From positions 20,460,001-20,524,000 of the forward strand of contig JBHGNT010000002.1 in the NCBI GenBank assembly GCA_043228905.1: DNA of 64,000 nt, read 5' to 3'. Shown piece after piece: positions 22,044 through 34,749 of the stretch. This DNA comes from Azolla caroliniana. Taxonomy: Eukaryota > Plantae > Polypodiophyta. How positions within the stretch are numbered: the stretch's first letter is position 1; every line of letters begins with the position of its first letter. A model generated the notes under the pieces. The model had not been told where the DNA came from, did not search any database, and saw only the letters and a program-made list of their open reading frames with translations. Both the position numbers and the translations under genes were made by a program.

Positions 22044-24603
22044 TCATCCAACATTAGCTCCTTTCAGAGACTTGCATGTGACAAATCCAGCAGATGTTCG
22101 CATCGGCCTCTCGTTGAAGGTAACAACAGAGTCCTCTGAGGTTTTTAAGTGTGGTTGGATGGCTTCCCAGATTTTCTTCTTTTGGAGCTAAAAAAGTTGA
22201 ATAGAACAGCCACAAAAGTTAGCCATTACGTGCTATGCTGAAAAAGTTAAAACAGTTTTCAGGTGCTTTGCACTAGTACTTTCTAACTGTCTATGCATAC
22301 AGCATATGTGGCATTTCTTTTGTAGCTAGATAGAGCAGCCAGAAAACTCAAACAGTAGAAAATGTCCTACACATGGGTATTTTGGTCATTTTGAAAACTT
22401 AAAGTTAGTGCGGTAAATATCTTAAAATGTATGGTGCTGATGCTTATAACCATCCACAATAAATAGCCAAGGAAAGAGGGCAGCACTTGGTAGAGAATTT
22501 GATTTGAAGTTTATGCTTCATACCTGATTCGGTGTTACTGATTCTCCTTGAGATTCTTTATCATCCTCTGTTCCAAACCATACACGTTCTCCAGGTACAG
22601 AGCCTTCTGGAGGAATCAAAAGTTCCACATTTTCATGAGTCGCATCCGATGCTGCCAACAGCATGCCATTTGACTTCACACCACGCATGTTTCGTGGCTT
22701 CAAATTTGCAAGAACTATAACATTTCGTTCCTGTCAAAAGAGTTGTTGCCATTTAGAGTGATTGAGATAGGAAATGCATCTGAATATGTTACACCCTTGA
22801 GAGATGTGGGCAAATGTAAAACCAGAAAGGGGTAAAAGTGAGAAACCTCATGAAGTGGTGGAATGAAGTCTCAATCCTATTGATGAATAGAAATTGAATA
22901 TGATATGAAATATATCTAATGCATATAACTACAGCTAGTAACCCTCCATAGAGGTTAATATTCTCCATGAATTGAAGGAGCTAGCAGATGCATAATGTTG
23001 GATCTTTAACCATGTCAGTGTGTTACGTGATGACACGATTTAACCTTGAGACCATTTAGGTAATTGTTTTGTGAATTGGTGATACTTCAAGACCAATGTG
23101 TTTCCAAACTTGTTCGAATTTGCAAACTATTTCCGCACAAATCTGATTGTCTCATTAACTATATTATTTAGTGTGGGAAGATGAAACAAGATAGAACACT
23201 ATTTCTACAAACAAGAAATAGTCTCATCCTAACTCCAGGATTCCCCCAAAAACATGCCTTAACTGTCTCGAAAAAAATTTATTTTCTTCTTATCAATTTA
23301 AACTTACATTATTCTGATCATATCAGCGTACTTAAACCTAATGTGTAATCAACTTATGATTTAAAATCTCCTTCTCGCCATTCTAACCTGTGGGGCTATA
23401 TACAAAGCATAAATGACTGCATTCTCTCTTAAATAAAAGATAGCTTTTTGGAATGGATATCCTCTGGTTTCAGGCATGACTTTTCCTCCTCAAATTGCCA
23501 GCTGAATGTACTACCCTGACAATTTAATCTCCGCGAATTAAGCATCTACGCTTCCCTTCACAACATACAGAAGCTTCAGAATTTTCTCATTTCATATCCC
23601 TTGGCCCATGTCAAATAGCATCGACACTCCTGTTTCTTCAGAGAAATGATATCGAGTATCTACAATCATCCCAACTTGGTATATCCCACACTTCCTCAGT
23701 GTAAGAATCTCCATTTAAATATCTTATCCCTTTTCACATACCCTTTTGGAATGAATACATGTGTTTTAGAATCAAAACAATTACCAGAAACAATGAGCAC
23801 AGGAGAACAGAAAAATGGCAGCTTTTTTCTTCCAAGAATCAAACAAGACTTCTCTGGGTGGAAATTCTCTATGCACTTGAAATTAAAATTAAACAGAAAA
23901 GGAAAAAGGGAACGGGAAAAAAGAAACAGATGGGGTGATTGATTCTACCCTAATTTCGAATGAAAATGGAACCAACAGGTGCATGAATGAGCACAGTGGA
24001 AAGAGGAGGGGAAGGACTGGTTGATCCAAACCAAAATTAACATGGTTTACAGTGAAAATGCAATGGAAAAGAATTGAGCACAGACAAAAAGAAGGAATGG
24101 AAAATGGATGAAAAGAAGGAAGGACAGAACTATGCACAAAGATGAAGAAAGGGAAGGAAAAGGTGGGGGGAGGAGCAGTGTAAACCTGGAGCTCTTCCAC
24201 AGTCAAGAACTTAACAAGTCCACTGCAGATGGTGCGAGGTCCGTCGGGCTCCCCAACATCCACCTCCTCCACATACAGAGACTCGGCCTCAGGGTGCCTC
24301 CATGCTTTCAGGATTCGCCCCACTCGGATATCTAGAGCATCCACGCTGCTACCGTTCCCTCCTGCTTGTGTTTCTGCGCCTTCCGAAGAAGGCGAAACCG
24401 GAAGTGATGGCAGAGTCTCGGCCGCACCTGATGATGATCCATTTCTTTCTGTTGCTGTTATTGATGGTGATGCCGATGCCGATGCCGTTTCTGCAAGAGA
24501 AATGCCAGACTGCTGAAGCTCCGCTGCTACTGCTGAGGTTGTTTTCTGCTTAACAGGGGAAGATGAGGACGAAGATGCGAGCGAAGGAGGGGAAGAGAAA
24601 GAA

Positions 24604-24635
<32 letters not shown>

Positions 24636-24812
24636 CGACGACGACAATGAAGATGGAAAGCCCCGCGTTTTCAAGCTGGTCAATGGTGAAGATCGTGAAA
24701 CAGATGCGACAGAGGAAGGGGGAAGGCGAGGGGGAGTAAGGGTGAGGGTAAGGGTTAGGGTTAGGGCTTGGACTGGTCTGCAGAGGAACACGGAGCGGGA
24801 GGCCATGGCCAT
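22044..24812 (-). CDS. tRNA-binding OB-fold (EMAP II/Trbp111/Arc1-type) protein with Ser-rich transit peptide; exons 24812-24186, 22730-22524, 22187-22044
   Basis: [38 protein letters not shown] | [34 protein letters not shown] | [20 protein letters not shown] phase-0 introns. The long poly-Ser N-terminus suggests plastid targeting. Confidence 0.9.
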
Positions 24813-25088
24813 GGCGGCCTCTTCTGTGTCCACCTCCCAAAAAATGCAAGATTTCTGATTAGTTAGAGGTAATACAGAAAGAGAATATAGAGAATACTAC
24901 CCCCCTGCAGCTGCCTGTGCCCTGTTCTGCTGTCCTGCCCCAGACCAACCATCATCCTCCCGGGCCATGGCTGAACCCTAATAATCTGATCTGATCTGAT
25001 CTCTCTGGATAACAAACATCTAAAAAAGAACCCAAGACAAGAAGAAAACTTACTGTGCTTCACACAAATTTACCCTTCTTGCTTTCAG

Positions 25089-25337
25089 CTAGCGATTTCC
25101 CCTGCTTCCAATACATACATACAGTCATACAGTCATACACACACACACATACATACATACATACATACATACATACATACATACAGCTATTTCCCCTGCT
25201 TCCGGTACATACATACATATGTACATACTCTGCTTCCGATACATACATACATACATACATACATACATACATACATACACACATACATACATGCAGCTAT
25301 TTCCCCTGCTTCCGATACATACATACATATGTACATA
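25089..25337. repeat. Compound micro/minisatellite: (ATAC)n tracts punctuated by AGCTATTTCCCCTGCTTCC
   Basis: Three to four copies of the 19-bp unit separated by ATAC runs. Confidence 0.9.
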
Positions 25338-25505
25338 CTTTTACTCGCCCATCTATCTGTGGTGAAGGGCAGTTTCTGAGATTCATGAAAACCCTAGGGG
25401 TAGTAGAGTTGGTAATTAGTAATAACCACATGACATGGCAATCGGAGAGGTGTGTATGTGTTCTTTTTCGTGTTCATTCCATAGCTTTGCCTGGACCACA
25501 TAAAC

Positions 25506-28500
25506 ATGCCCATCATCATCTCTGATCATCCTGGCAGAGAAAAGTCCCCAATCCCAAGCCCAAGCCCACCCCATTCCTCCCTCTCAACCTACCTCTCTCT
25601 CCTCAGAGCTGGCATCACATCCAAACAGAAAGCCCTCCTTCAATCCAAGAAACACTTGATAACCAGATCCCCTCGCTTCACAGTCTTCTCCTGCACAACC
25701 CTCATCTCGGCATACACCAACCATGGCTTCTCTCGGGAAGCCATCCGAATATTTGAGGTCATTATGCAAGTCCAGAACATCCAACCCAACGTATACACCA
25801 TTGTTTCTTTGCTCAAAGCATGTGCACATTTGGCCGACCTTGCCCTAGGTATGATGTTCCATGCCATCGCCATTGAGTATGGCGAAGATCTCTGCAATTC
25901 CTTCGTTGGAAACACACTTGTGAGCATGTATGGGAAATGTGGATCCATTCGAGACGCAGAGCATTCATTCAATTCTTGCAGCGCCTCTTTAAGCATTGTC
26001 ACTTGGAATGCAATGATTTCGGCGAACGTTGATCTGGGTCGATCTGAGAACGCATTAATTCTCTACATTCAGATGCAGCAGGATGGATTTACACCAGATC
26101 GGCCCACTTTCATGGCGATGCTTCATGCATGTTCAATTTTTACCACCAATGAACAACCAATCCACACACCTAGGGGCCAATGTGTGAAGGTAAAATCTCT
26201 AGAAATTGCTCATTCTTTGCATGTAGATATCATTAAGAACGGGTTCGCATCTGACTTATTCGTGAATAGCTCACTCATGAAAGCGTACGGGAGATGTGGA
26301 GCACTTCAAGAAGCAAAGAGCGTGTTTAGTGCCCTTCCTCACCATGATGTTGTTTGTTGCAGTGCCATGCTTTCGGCTTATGTTGAACATGGCTATGGAG
26401 TCGATGCCATACAACTCTATAGACAATTGTGTGACAAAGAGGGGGTTAAACTAGACCTTCTAACCATTGTTCTTGCTCTTCAGGCATGTGGACTCATTCT
26501 TTCACACGAAGAGAAGTCAGTGACAGTGAATATTTGTTTGAAAATAGCTCGGGCATTACATTCACAAGCTCGAAGGCAAGGATTTGGTTCTGAGGTCTCT
26601 CTTAGCACTGCCCTTATCAGTTTCTATTGCAAGAGTGGAGCTATTGAGGATGCAGAGCATGTCTTTAGTGCATTATCTGTCCACGAGCACACATGTTGGA
26701 ATGCTTTACTCTCGGCTTACATCGATCGAGGTGAAGCAGAGAGAGCTCTGTGTCTTTACATTCATATGCATGACAAAGGTGTGAACCCAAACATCCAAAC
26801 CTATGTGATCACTTTCCAAGCGTGTTCTAGACTAGCTGAAACAGAGGAAGCAATATTGGTCGGAGAACGATATATCAAGTTTGTGTCTTTAGAAATCACC
26901 CAAGCTTTGCACACTGATGCTCAAGCGAAAGGATTCGTTTGCAAAGAGCATCTTGGAAACATTATTTTGAGCGCTTATGGAAAATGTGGAGCGATTTCGG
27001 AAGCTGAGGAGTTATTTTGTGGCTTACCCCTACGGACTGTTGTGTCGTGGAGTGCAATGATGTCAGGATATATTGAATGGGACTATGGAGAGAAGGCATT
27101 GAGGCTTTATAGGCAGATGCAAAACGAGGCTCCAGATTGTTCTGATGCACTTACATGTACAATAGCTCTGCAGGCGTGTATCTCCCTCTCAGGGAAGGAA
27201 GAAATTCTTCTGGAGCGATGTCCTGCTAAATCAATTGGTCTGGAAATTGGGCGAGCTTTACATGCTGGGGCTTATAGAGAAGGCTTTGTCTCCGATCTTC
27301 TCGTCAGTTGTACTCTTGTTAGCATGTATAGCAGATGCGGAACAATGATCGAAGCACAGAATATGTTCAATGAACTATTATCAAAACCCACAACAAATGT
27401 GTCATGGTGTGTGATGCTGTCGACATATATCGAGCATAGAGAACTAAAAATGGCCTTACTATTGTATAGAAAAATGCAAGAGGAAGGATATGATCCAGAT
27501 CAAGTAACAATGACACTGGCACTCCAGGCATGTTCATTTCTCGCAGAAAGAGAAATGAGCAGCAAATTGCTGGACCAACCAATTTCGGTTGAGATTGGAA
27601 AAGCATTACATGCTGATGCCCGAAGAGAAGGCATAGCATCTGATATGTTTGTTGGAAGCAATCTCATTGCCATGTATGCCAAGTGCGGCTGCATAATAAA
27701 TGCAGAAAGTGTGTTCTCTTTTATGCCTACGCAGGCCATTGCACCGTGGAATGCTATGTTCACAGCGTACTTGGAACATGGTTTAGAAGAGAACATTCCT
27801 CGTTTGTACAAACAAATGCTTGCGTACAATATCACATTGGATGAAGTAACTCTCATCAGTTTGCTACAAACATGTGATGGAATCGGAAGCTTAGAGATGT
27901 GTAGAAAACTTCATTTTGATGTTGTATGTGCTGGATATTATCAGAATGCATCACTGTCATCTTCTCTACTCTATGCATATGGGGGTTGTGCAAGCATGGC
28001 TGATGCACAATGTTGTTTTGACGAGCTGTGGAGACCAGATATTGTGTCATGGAATGCAGGTATTTCTGGTTATACAAGGGAAGGGAATGCTATAGCAAGC
28101 TTGGGAATGTTTGAGTTATCGAAACTTGTTAATCCTAGACCTAGTGAAGTGTCATTTCTTTCTATTATCTCGGCATGTGGCCATGCTGGTCTTGTTGTTC
28201 CGGGTCTAGAATACTTCATTTCTATACGGAGAGATTATGGCCTAAACCCAGATGTAAAGCACTATGGAAGCATGCTCGATCTTCTCGCACGTGCTGGTGA
28301 TTTCAAGAGAACTCAATGTGTAATGACAGCAATGCCAGTGGAAGTCAATCAACCCATTTGGTTGTCTTTGCTTGCGTCATGTCGAACCCATTGTAACCCA
28401 GAGGTGGCAAAGCATATATTTCGTAATGCCGTGTGTTTAGATGCCACTGAAGCTTCTCAATACATTCTAATGTCCAAAATACATGCCGACTCAGAACTTC

Positions 28501-28544
28501 TGCAAGAATGTACTGTGAACATAGAGACAATATTCCCGAAATAA
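25506..28544 (+). CDS. PLS-class PPR protein with E domain and no DYW (organellar RNA-editing factor type), intronless
   Basis: 1012-aa ORF with repeated P-L-S motifs (VGNTLVSMYGKCGS, TWNAMISA, FMAMLHAC). C-terminal SFLSIISACGHAGLV, HYGSMLDLLARAG, WLSLLASCRTH, YILMSKI. The start codon is uncertain. Confidence 0.92.
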   Translation: MPIIISDHPGREKSPIPSPSPPHSSLSTYLSLLRAGITSKQKALLQSKKHLITRSPRFTVFSCTTLISAYTNHGFSREAIRIFEVIMQVQNIQPNVYTIVSLLKACAHLADLALGMMFHAIAIEYGEDLCNSFVGNTLVSMYGKCGSIRDAEHSFNSCSASLSIVTWNAMISANVDLGRSENALILYIQMQQDGFTPDRPTFMAMLHACSIFTTNEQPIHTPRGQCVKVKSLEIAHSLHVDIIKNGFASDLFVNSSLMKAYGRCGALQEAKSVFSALPHHDVVCCSAMLSAYVEHGYGVDAIQLYRQLCDKEGVKLDLLTIVLALQACGLILSHEEKSVTVNICLKIARALHSQARRQGFGSEVSLSTALISFYCKSGAIEDAEHVFSALSVHEHTCWNALLSAYIDRGEAERALCLYIHMHDKGVNPNIQTYVITFQACSRLAETEEAILVGERYIKFVSLEITQALHTDAQAKGFVCKEHLGNIILSAYGKCGAISEAEELFCGLPLRTVVSWSAMMSGYIEWDYGEKALRLYRQMQNEAPDCSDALTCTIALQACISLSGKEEILLERCPAKSIGLEIGRALHAGAYREGFVSDLLVSCTLVSMYSRCGTMIEAQNMFNELLSKPTTNVSWCVMLSTYIEHRELKMALLLYRKMQEEGYDPDQVTMTLALQACSFLAEREMSSKLLDQPISVEIGKALHADARREGIASDMFVGSNLIAMYAKCGCIINAESVFSFMPTQAIAPWNAMFTAYLEHGLEENIPRLYKQMLAYNITLDEVTLISLLQTCDGIGSLEMCRKLHFDVVCAGYYQNASLSSSLLYAYGGCASMADAQCCFDELWRPDIVSWNAGISGYTREGNAIASLGMFELSKLVNPRPSEVSFLSIISACGHAGLVVPGLEYFISIRRDYGLNPDVKHYGSMLDLLARAGDFKRTQCVMTAMPVEVNQPIWLSLLASCRTHCNPEVAKHIFRNAVCLDATEASQYILMSKIHADSELLQECTVNIETIFPK

Positions 28545-29674
28545 CAAGGCTTAATGAACTCAGAAGTGAAAGCTTGGATAAAAAGGGAAGCCATATAAAG
28601 TTCATGAAGATCAAGAAAAGTTAGTTTCCTAGATCACCATGTCATCAAAAAGTTCATTCAAACATCAAGGAAGAGCAATATATCTCTAACTGGCTAAACT
28701 AGACTAGCTAGACTAGGCTGAGATCATTTTCATATGAACGAAAAACATCATCAAAGAATAAAATGTCCACCATGCACTAATTAAATATCAAACTTCAAGG
28801 AAGAGCAATATATCTCTAACTAGCTAGACTAGGTTGAGACAATGTTTCCTATGAATAAAAAAAGCCATGATATAGATGCTCAATATAAGGGTCTTCCTCC
28901 CAATAATACGAGGTTGCACTAGGAACCGACAAAAAGAAAGACGTGACAATTAGATCTAAGTTTTTTCAGAAGCTATGGTACAAGTCTGTGAGGTTTCAAC
29001 CATTGATAGGACAAATGTTGCATAAAAAGGGAGGAATTGGATCATATGAAAAAGAATAGAAATCTTTACATGGCCAAGTTCCCAAGAGTTAACAAGAAAT
29101 TAATATTTCCATAAGTCATTACAATATTGCATGACACCAAAATCTTTTTCCACGCTTTCATCATGTCACAAAGCATCTAAACTATGTCCCCACCCCAATC
29201 CACTGCAGTAGAAAGAAACCATGTCAATTGGCACATATATTGCGTATTGTACACTATAGTACGTAAAGATAAATAACATTGATGGAGCCTACAATACATT
29301 GGTTACCATTTTTTTTCACGGTGCTCAATGATATTAACCCATGAATGTGTTAATGTTAAATACAATGTTTGAAAAAACGAGAGCTTTTGTGATACCTCTC
29401 AAGCCAACATAGCATGTGTTAAAACTTAACAAAAGTATAACAAATCTTCAAGAAAAACAACGTAAATTTTGAAGCACTTGCATACCTATCAATGCATTCC
29501 CAATAAGAGGGAAGGAAATCCTCATCTAATGGAAATTCACTAAAATCCACAAAGCTCCAATGCCAAGATATAGTGAAGCCTAAATCTACCACCATCACAT
29601 TGTTATTTCTAAGGGTATTATTACATTCATCATTAGCATTTCCATTGTTTCCATAAACTATATCCTAACATTCA

Positions 29675-30731
29675 TCATTGGTAGGGTTTTGTATCTTCCA
29701 AGGCTCCTTTGACCTTTTGAGACCCGGTGAGTTTGGCAAGGGCGACAAATGACATACCCCCTAGTAAGTTGTTTGTGGCACGGATAAAGAACACGGATGC
29801 CTTGAAGATGGATTGCGAAGCCAGGACTCTGGCGAGTGTGAACTCGAGCCCGTTCACGGCCTGATACCGCAAGTTGCTACTAAGACCCATGTGGATAGCC
29901 CATGTGGTGGCATTCAACACGGTGGGCGGGGGCTCATTCTGGGGTTCGAAGCTCGGGTCCATTCTCTTCCTCGCGCCGATAAGGACATTCGAGACTAGAG
30001 TGCCCAAGAGTCCTGCCGAGAAGCCGACCGCGGAGAACACGGCCCCTTTGAAAACGAAGGTTCCGAGGCGTTGGGCGAGAGAGAAGGCACCGGGCTCGAA
30101 CATATGTCCGGGTGGACAAGACGAGAAGATGCCCGGGAGGGTTGATGATGAAGCTAGCGAGGCCGAAGAGGATGCGGTGGGCGCGAGCATGTACATGAGG
30201 GAGAAATTGAGTATGGAGCCGACCACGAGAGTGGAGAAGACGAAGTCGAGCTCGTGAAGGCCGAAGTCCGGGCGGGAGGCCATGTCCCCGAGCACATTCG
30301 CACCCACGCCCACAACTTGTTCCATCAGAACCTTGAAAGGGAATTGTGGGTCGGTTCTAACCCTAGATGCCCAACCATCCATGAAAACACTCAATAAATC
30401 TCTTCTTCCTAGATCATCATTCTCATTAGCATCAGATCTATCCCCTCCTCCTCCTCCTCCTCCATTATTATTACCATTATTCCTGGATCCATCTCCACCG
30501 TCGAAACCTCCGCGATCGACGGCATTCGGCAGCTTCAAAGTGGCGGCATCCGATCTCTTCTTCCTCTCTCCATACCTGGCCAAGATTTCTTCAGAAGCGA
30601 AAGAGGATGATGAAGAACTGACAAAGAAGGAAGGGGGGGTGGAGGAGGCATGGAAGACCTTCATAGATTGCATTTGGGGAGAGCTTGTAGAAGGGAAGAT
30701 AGGGCTAGATCTATGATGTGACCCGGGATGG

Positions 30732-30772
<41 letters not shown>

Positions 30773-30826
30773 GTTAGTGATTCGTGTGTGTGAGAAGAAG
30801 ATGGTGGAGTGGAGCTGTGCAGCCAT
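29675..30826 (-). CDS. RETICULATA-RELATED (DUF3411) plastid envelope protein, RER2/RER3-like, intronless
   Basis: Poly-His/Ser transit region and Gly-rich linker, then GWASRVRTDPQFPFKVLMEQVVGVGA, DMASRPDFGLHELDFVFSTLVVGS, HMFEPG, WAIHMGLSSNLRYQ. Confidence 0.92.
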
Positions 30827-31143
30827 GGGAGCTTGATGAGCCTTCTTCTCTGAGGTGTATAGCAGAGAGGAGGAAAACTTAGTTCTGCATTCCTTTCTTT
30901 AAATTGTTTTAGGAAAATGAATGATTAAATAAAACTGTGTTGACAAAATCTCATCATCTTTCTGATGAGAGAAGTGGGCATATGTGTTATGCATTAGAGA
31001 AAAGCAGGGCAAGGCCATAAGCCATGCCATGAGTCATGCTATGCCATGCCATGCCATGGCTCCTTCTCTTCCTCTTCCTCTTCCTCTTCCTCTGTTTATT
31101 TTCCTTCCCAAGAGTCGGGAATGGTCGAGGACCCCGAGATCTG

Positions 31144-31542
31144 TAACAATCGGCAACGGTTTGAACCGAACCGAACCACGATATCACAGCTTAACGGTTC
31201 AGTTCGGTTCAGGTTCAGGTTTTTTGCAACGGTTCGGTTTCGATCTCAACAGTTAGAACCCACAGTTTTCAACAGGTTTTTTTTGTTTTCTTTCTTTTAA
31301 AATAAAAAATATTTTTAAATAATCTTTTTATTTTTAGACTTTATTCTCACATTTTAGGAACATCTTTAAATTTTTTTAAAGTTAAAATTTTGAGCTAATT
31401 GAAAACCAAAACCGAATCACGAAACCGCGGCTTTAACGATTTAAAAAAATTTAACGGTTTCGTGGTTCGCGTCAGGTTTCAAAATTGTTAAATGGTTCGG
31501 TTTTGACCCTCTCAAACCGAACCGAACAGTTGCCAATTGTTA
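31144..31542. mobile_element. MITE, AACCG-rich hAT-like family
   Basis: TIR TAACAATCGGCAAC..GTTGCCAATTGTTA; same family as 44813-45372 and 60475-61705. No TSD recognisable. Confidence 0.7.
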
Positions 31543-32954
31543 CTAAGATGGTCCTCAAAAATCTCAAATCTCAAGCAAGCACACCATGCCGGAGGGAACC
31601 CTAGGAACCTTGGGGACCTCCCAACCTCCCATGGTCCGAACAACCACCACAGTGTGGAAGCCCACGATAGGTGGTCACAAATCTCGACACACCTTGGAGC
31701 GCAAAAGAATCCACACAAAACTATATAAAGGATTAATATAGCCAACAACTATAATAATGGACTAGAGGTGTGGAATATCCAAAATGTCCTCTTGAGTGAT
31801 CCAAAACAAGTTGCTGTTGTGCTAAATTTGAACAAAATTTACATCAAGGGGGCAACTATAATTATAAGTCGATGTTATGAAAACCCTATCATATGACCAA
31901 AAAAACACTTCGTGAAAGGGATATGAGGCAACAAGGATGTAGCTCAAATTAGAGTTGCAATGTGATCATTATGAGCTTTTCTCAAAAAATCGACTCCGAA
32001 CATTTCCCAACACAAAGCCTCTTTCCCATTTATTGGATTGAGAGAGCATCACGTTGGAATATTCCAAGTAATTAAAAGGCCCAAGTCCCAAATTTGGCAA
32101 ATGAGACGGGGGGAGCGACTACATGCAAGTAACCAAAAAATTGAAAGATTCTGCCAAAACTATGAAACTTTTATTGCGAGCAAATATATATTTTAGTTCT
32201 TGGTGAAACTTGCATGTGCCCAGACAATTCCACAATAAATGTAGCATACTCTCATCAATGCACATGTATGCTTTATAAAAGTGGCAAGTCAAAGTTGTTG
32301 AGCATGAAAACACTTTGTCCATAGGGAATACTCAAAAAGTAAGCACCTTCATAAGAAGACACTTTTATTGAGTGGGCCAACAAACTCTTCCAAAAACCTA
32401 GGTTTTCCAAACTCACATTATTTTGCACATTCATCCATGATTTTGGTTATACGCTGAAGTTTACGAGTTGACATCAACAAAATGGTTCATCTAGGAGAGG
32501 AGAATATTAATTGCTAGTCATGAATGAGATCTCGTTCATTTAAGGGTGCCAAATGGACACACATTTATGGTAAGAAGCCCTTGAGTGACTTTGCCAAAGA
32601 ACTCAATGTGCATGCCGCCCTCAAGATGCATCCACATTATAATTTATAACACATGAATGTAAGGACGAAATCGGAATATATTAGCAATAAAAATGTGAAA
32701 GCAAAATGTAGGGCTCCTAACTGTATTGGAAGTAACAAGAGATTGTGTGAGTTAATCGTGATCAAATATTGTACTTTGTTATAATTTATAATTTAACTAA
32801 TATAACCTTTCGTAAACCATATTGATGTTATTGTCTCTGCCTTAACGTCAATATTATGTAATAAGTGATTAAGTCCTTAGTTTTGTAAGGAAGTGCCCCC
32901 CCCCCCCCCCCCCTTTTGACAATATCTACTCTTGATCTACAATAATTGATTATT

Positions 32955-33180
32955 TGGCTAGCCTTGGGCTCTCACCCTTACTTGGTGATAAGAGTAGTCA
33001 ACCGCCCAACGCCAATTGTGCCCCCCATTGTATGACAAGATGTATGATTCTTGAAGATGTACAATTCCCCAAGCTCGATCTCCAATATTGACTAACTGGC
33101 TAGCCTTGGGCTCTCACCAATACTTGGTGATAAGAGTAGTTGACCGCCCACCCCAATGGTGCCCCTCATTGTATGACATG
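32955..33180. repeat. Direct duplication of about 85 bp at a 142-bp period
   Basis: TGGCTAGCCTTGGGCTCTCACC..TACTTGGTGATAAGAGTAGT..CATTGTATGACA occurs twice. Confidence 0.8.
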
Positions 33181-34749
33181 TTGTGGCTATTTATCTTCTC
33201 TAGTGCCCATTCAATTCTAGTGTGCATTTGCCCCAAGGTGTTAGAGTTTTGACAACACTACATGCACAATGAAATACGGAGTAGGCTCCCAAGATCAATA
33301 AATAACATAACCTATATAGAGATAGGAACATAGACATAAACAAATGATGTAGATATAGAGGGAAGATTCAATCTATCATATTATAAGAATGAAAAGATAT
33401 ATATACAATATAGGGAGCAAGAGCTCTTGCACATATGATTATGCTTCACTTTTGCATGCATACACTAGGACATACAATTAATTACCTCCATCATTCACTA
33501 ATATTTGAATGATAAATCAATAATAGCTGATGGTTAAACCAAATAACTATGAACACACATGTCATGTGTTCAAGTCCTAAGTACGAGCTTGATTTCCAAC
33601 ATATTACACACTAGTGTATAGGCATAGCATACCACCAAAGCATATGGTTGTACTATTCATTTCCTTGCTCTTGGTCAACAAAGAGCATGCCACTTTTTTT
33701 TTTGTAAAGGGAGAAGTTTCGATTTTGTGATCAAATTATTTCGACATTGTGATGTAAGATAGAGTGGTACTAACTGCAGCCTCCGTATCAATCAAATGTG
33801 GTGGATCAAGATTTGATGAGTTACAATAATTAAGGACGAAGATGCTCTCGCATGAGATCAATCATTGCTTTCCTAATGCTTATAAATTAACAAAACTATC
33901 ATTGGTGGTACAAAGTTGTCGTTTACCATTGTGAAAAATGAAAATAATCTCGATACATCCTTGAAGTGTTTGAAAATTATGCAACTTCTAAAAATTAAAA
34001 TGAAGTATTTAAAAATGCATAATAAGAAAAAGGGTGAGGACTAGGTTATAAACTATCTCCTAGTGCTGAAATATATGATTTTTATTGAATATTCAATGAA
34101 GGCATGACAAGGTAACAAGTCTAGTCAAATGAATGGATGGTCCTTTTCCATAGCATGTTTAAAATGTTCGTAGCAACATTCTTTCTTCCACACAACTTTT
34201 GGGTCCAAAACTTGTTATTTGTACATATTCAGATTATGAAATTTGTCTAATACCTTTATATGAAATGTGACATTATGTATATGATTTTGAATTCCTCTTC
34301 TAGGGTGGGGTTCTTGAGATGGTGATATGACTCTATGTAACTCCTTTATATGGTGGTTCTTGATGCAGTATACTATTTGATCAGGAGCACATACATTCTT
34401 GTGATTATGTGCACCTTAACATATATTTTTGTTTTTTAGTAATATTAGTCATGTTTGTAAATTGAAGACACAAGATTGGTTCAACCCACCTACACAATTA
34501 ATGATACAATATTACAAGAATGATTTTAATGATAGCAAATCAAGTTATTGATGTAGTTGACAATACTTTGTTGTTTGTATTGTGTCTTTGTTTTTAGGGG
34601 TTCATATTATCGTCCAACATGAGAGGGCGATGCGATTATGCTAATGATTTGGGAGTATTTATTACAAAAAATCTTATCAAGCAATTGTGATCCATCAATC
34701 GAACTGCAACCCAATCACTGGAAATGTGTACAAAGAAGAGGTTGGTTGT

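Noticed and set aside
25089-25337. Repeat-spacer pattern resembling a CRISPR array
   Set aside because: The spacers are ATAC microsatellite, the locus is eukaryotic and there are no cas genes.
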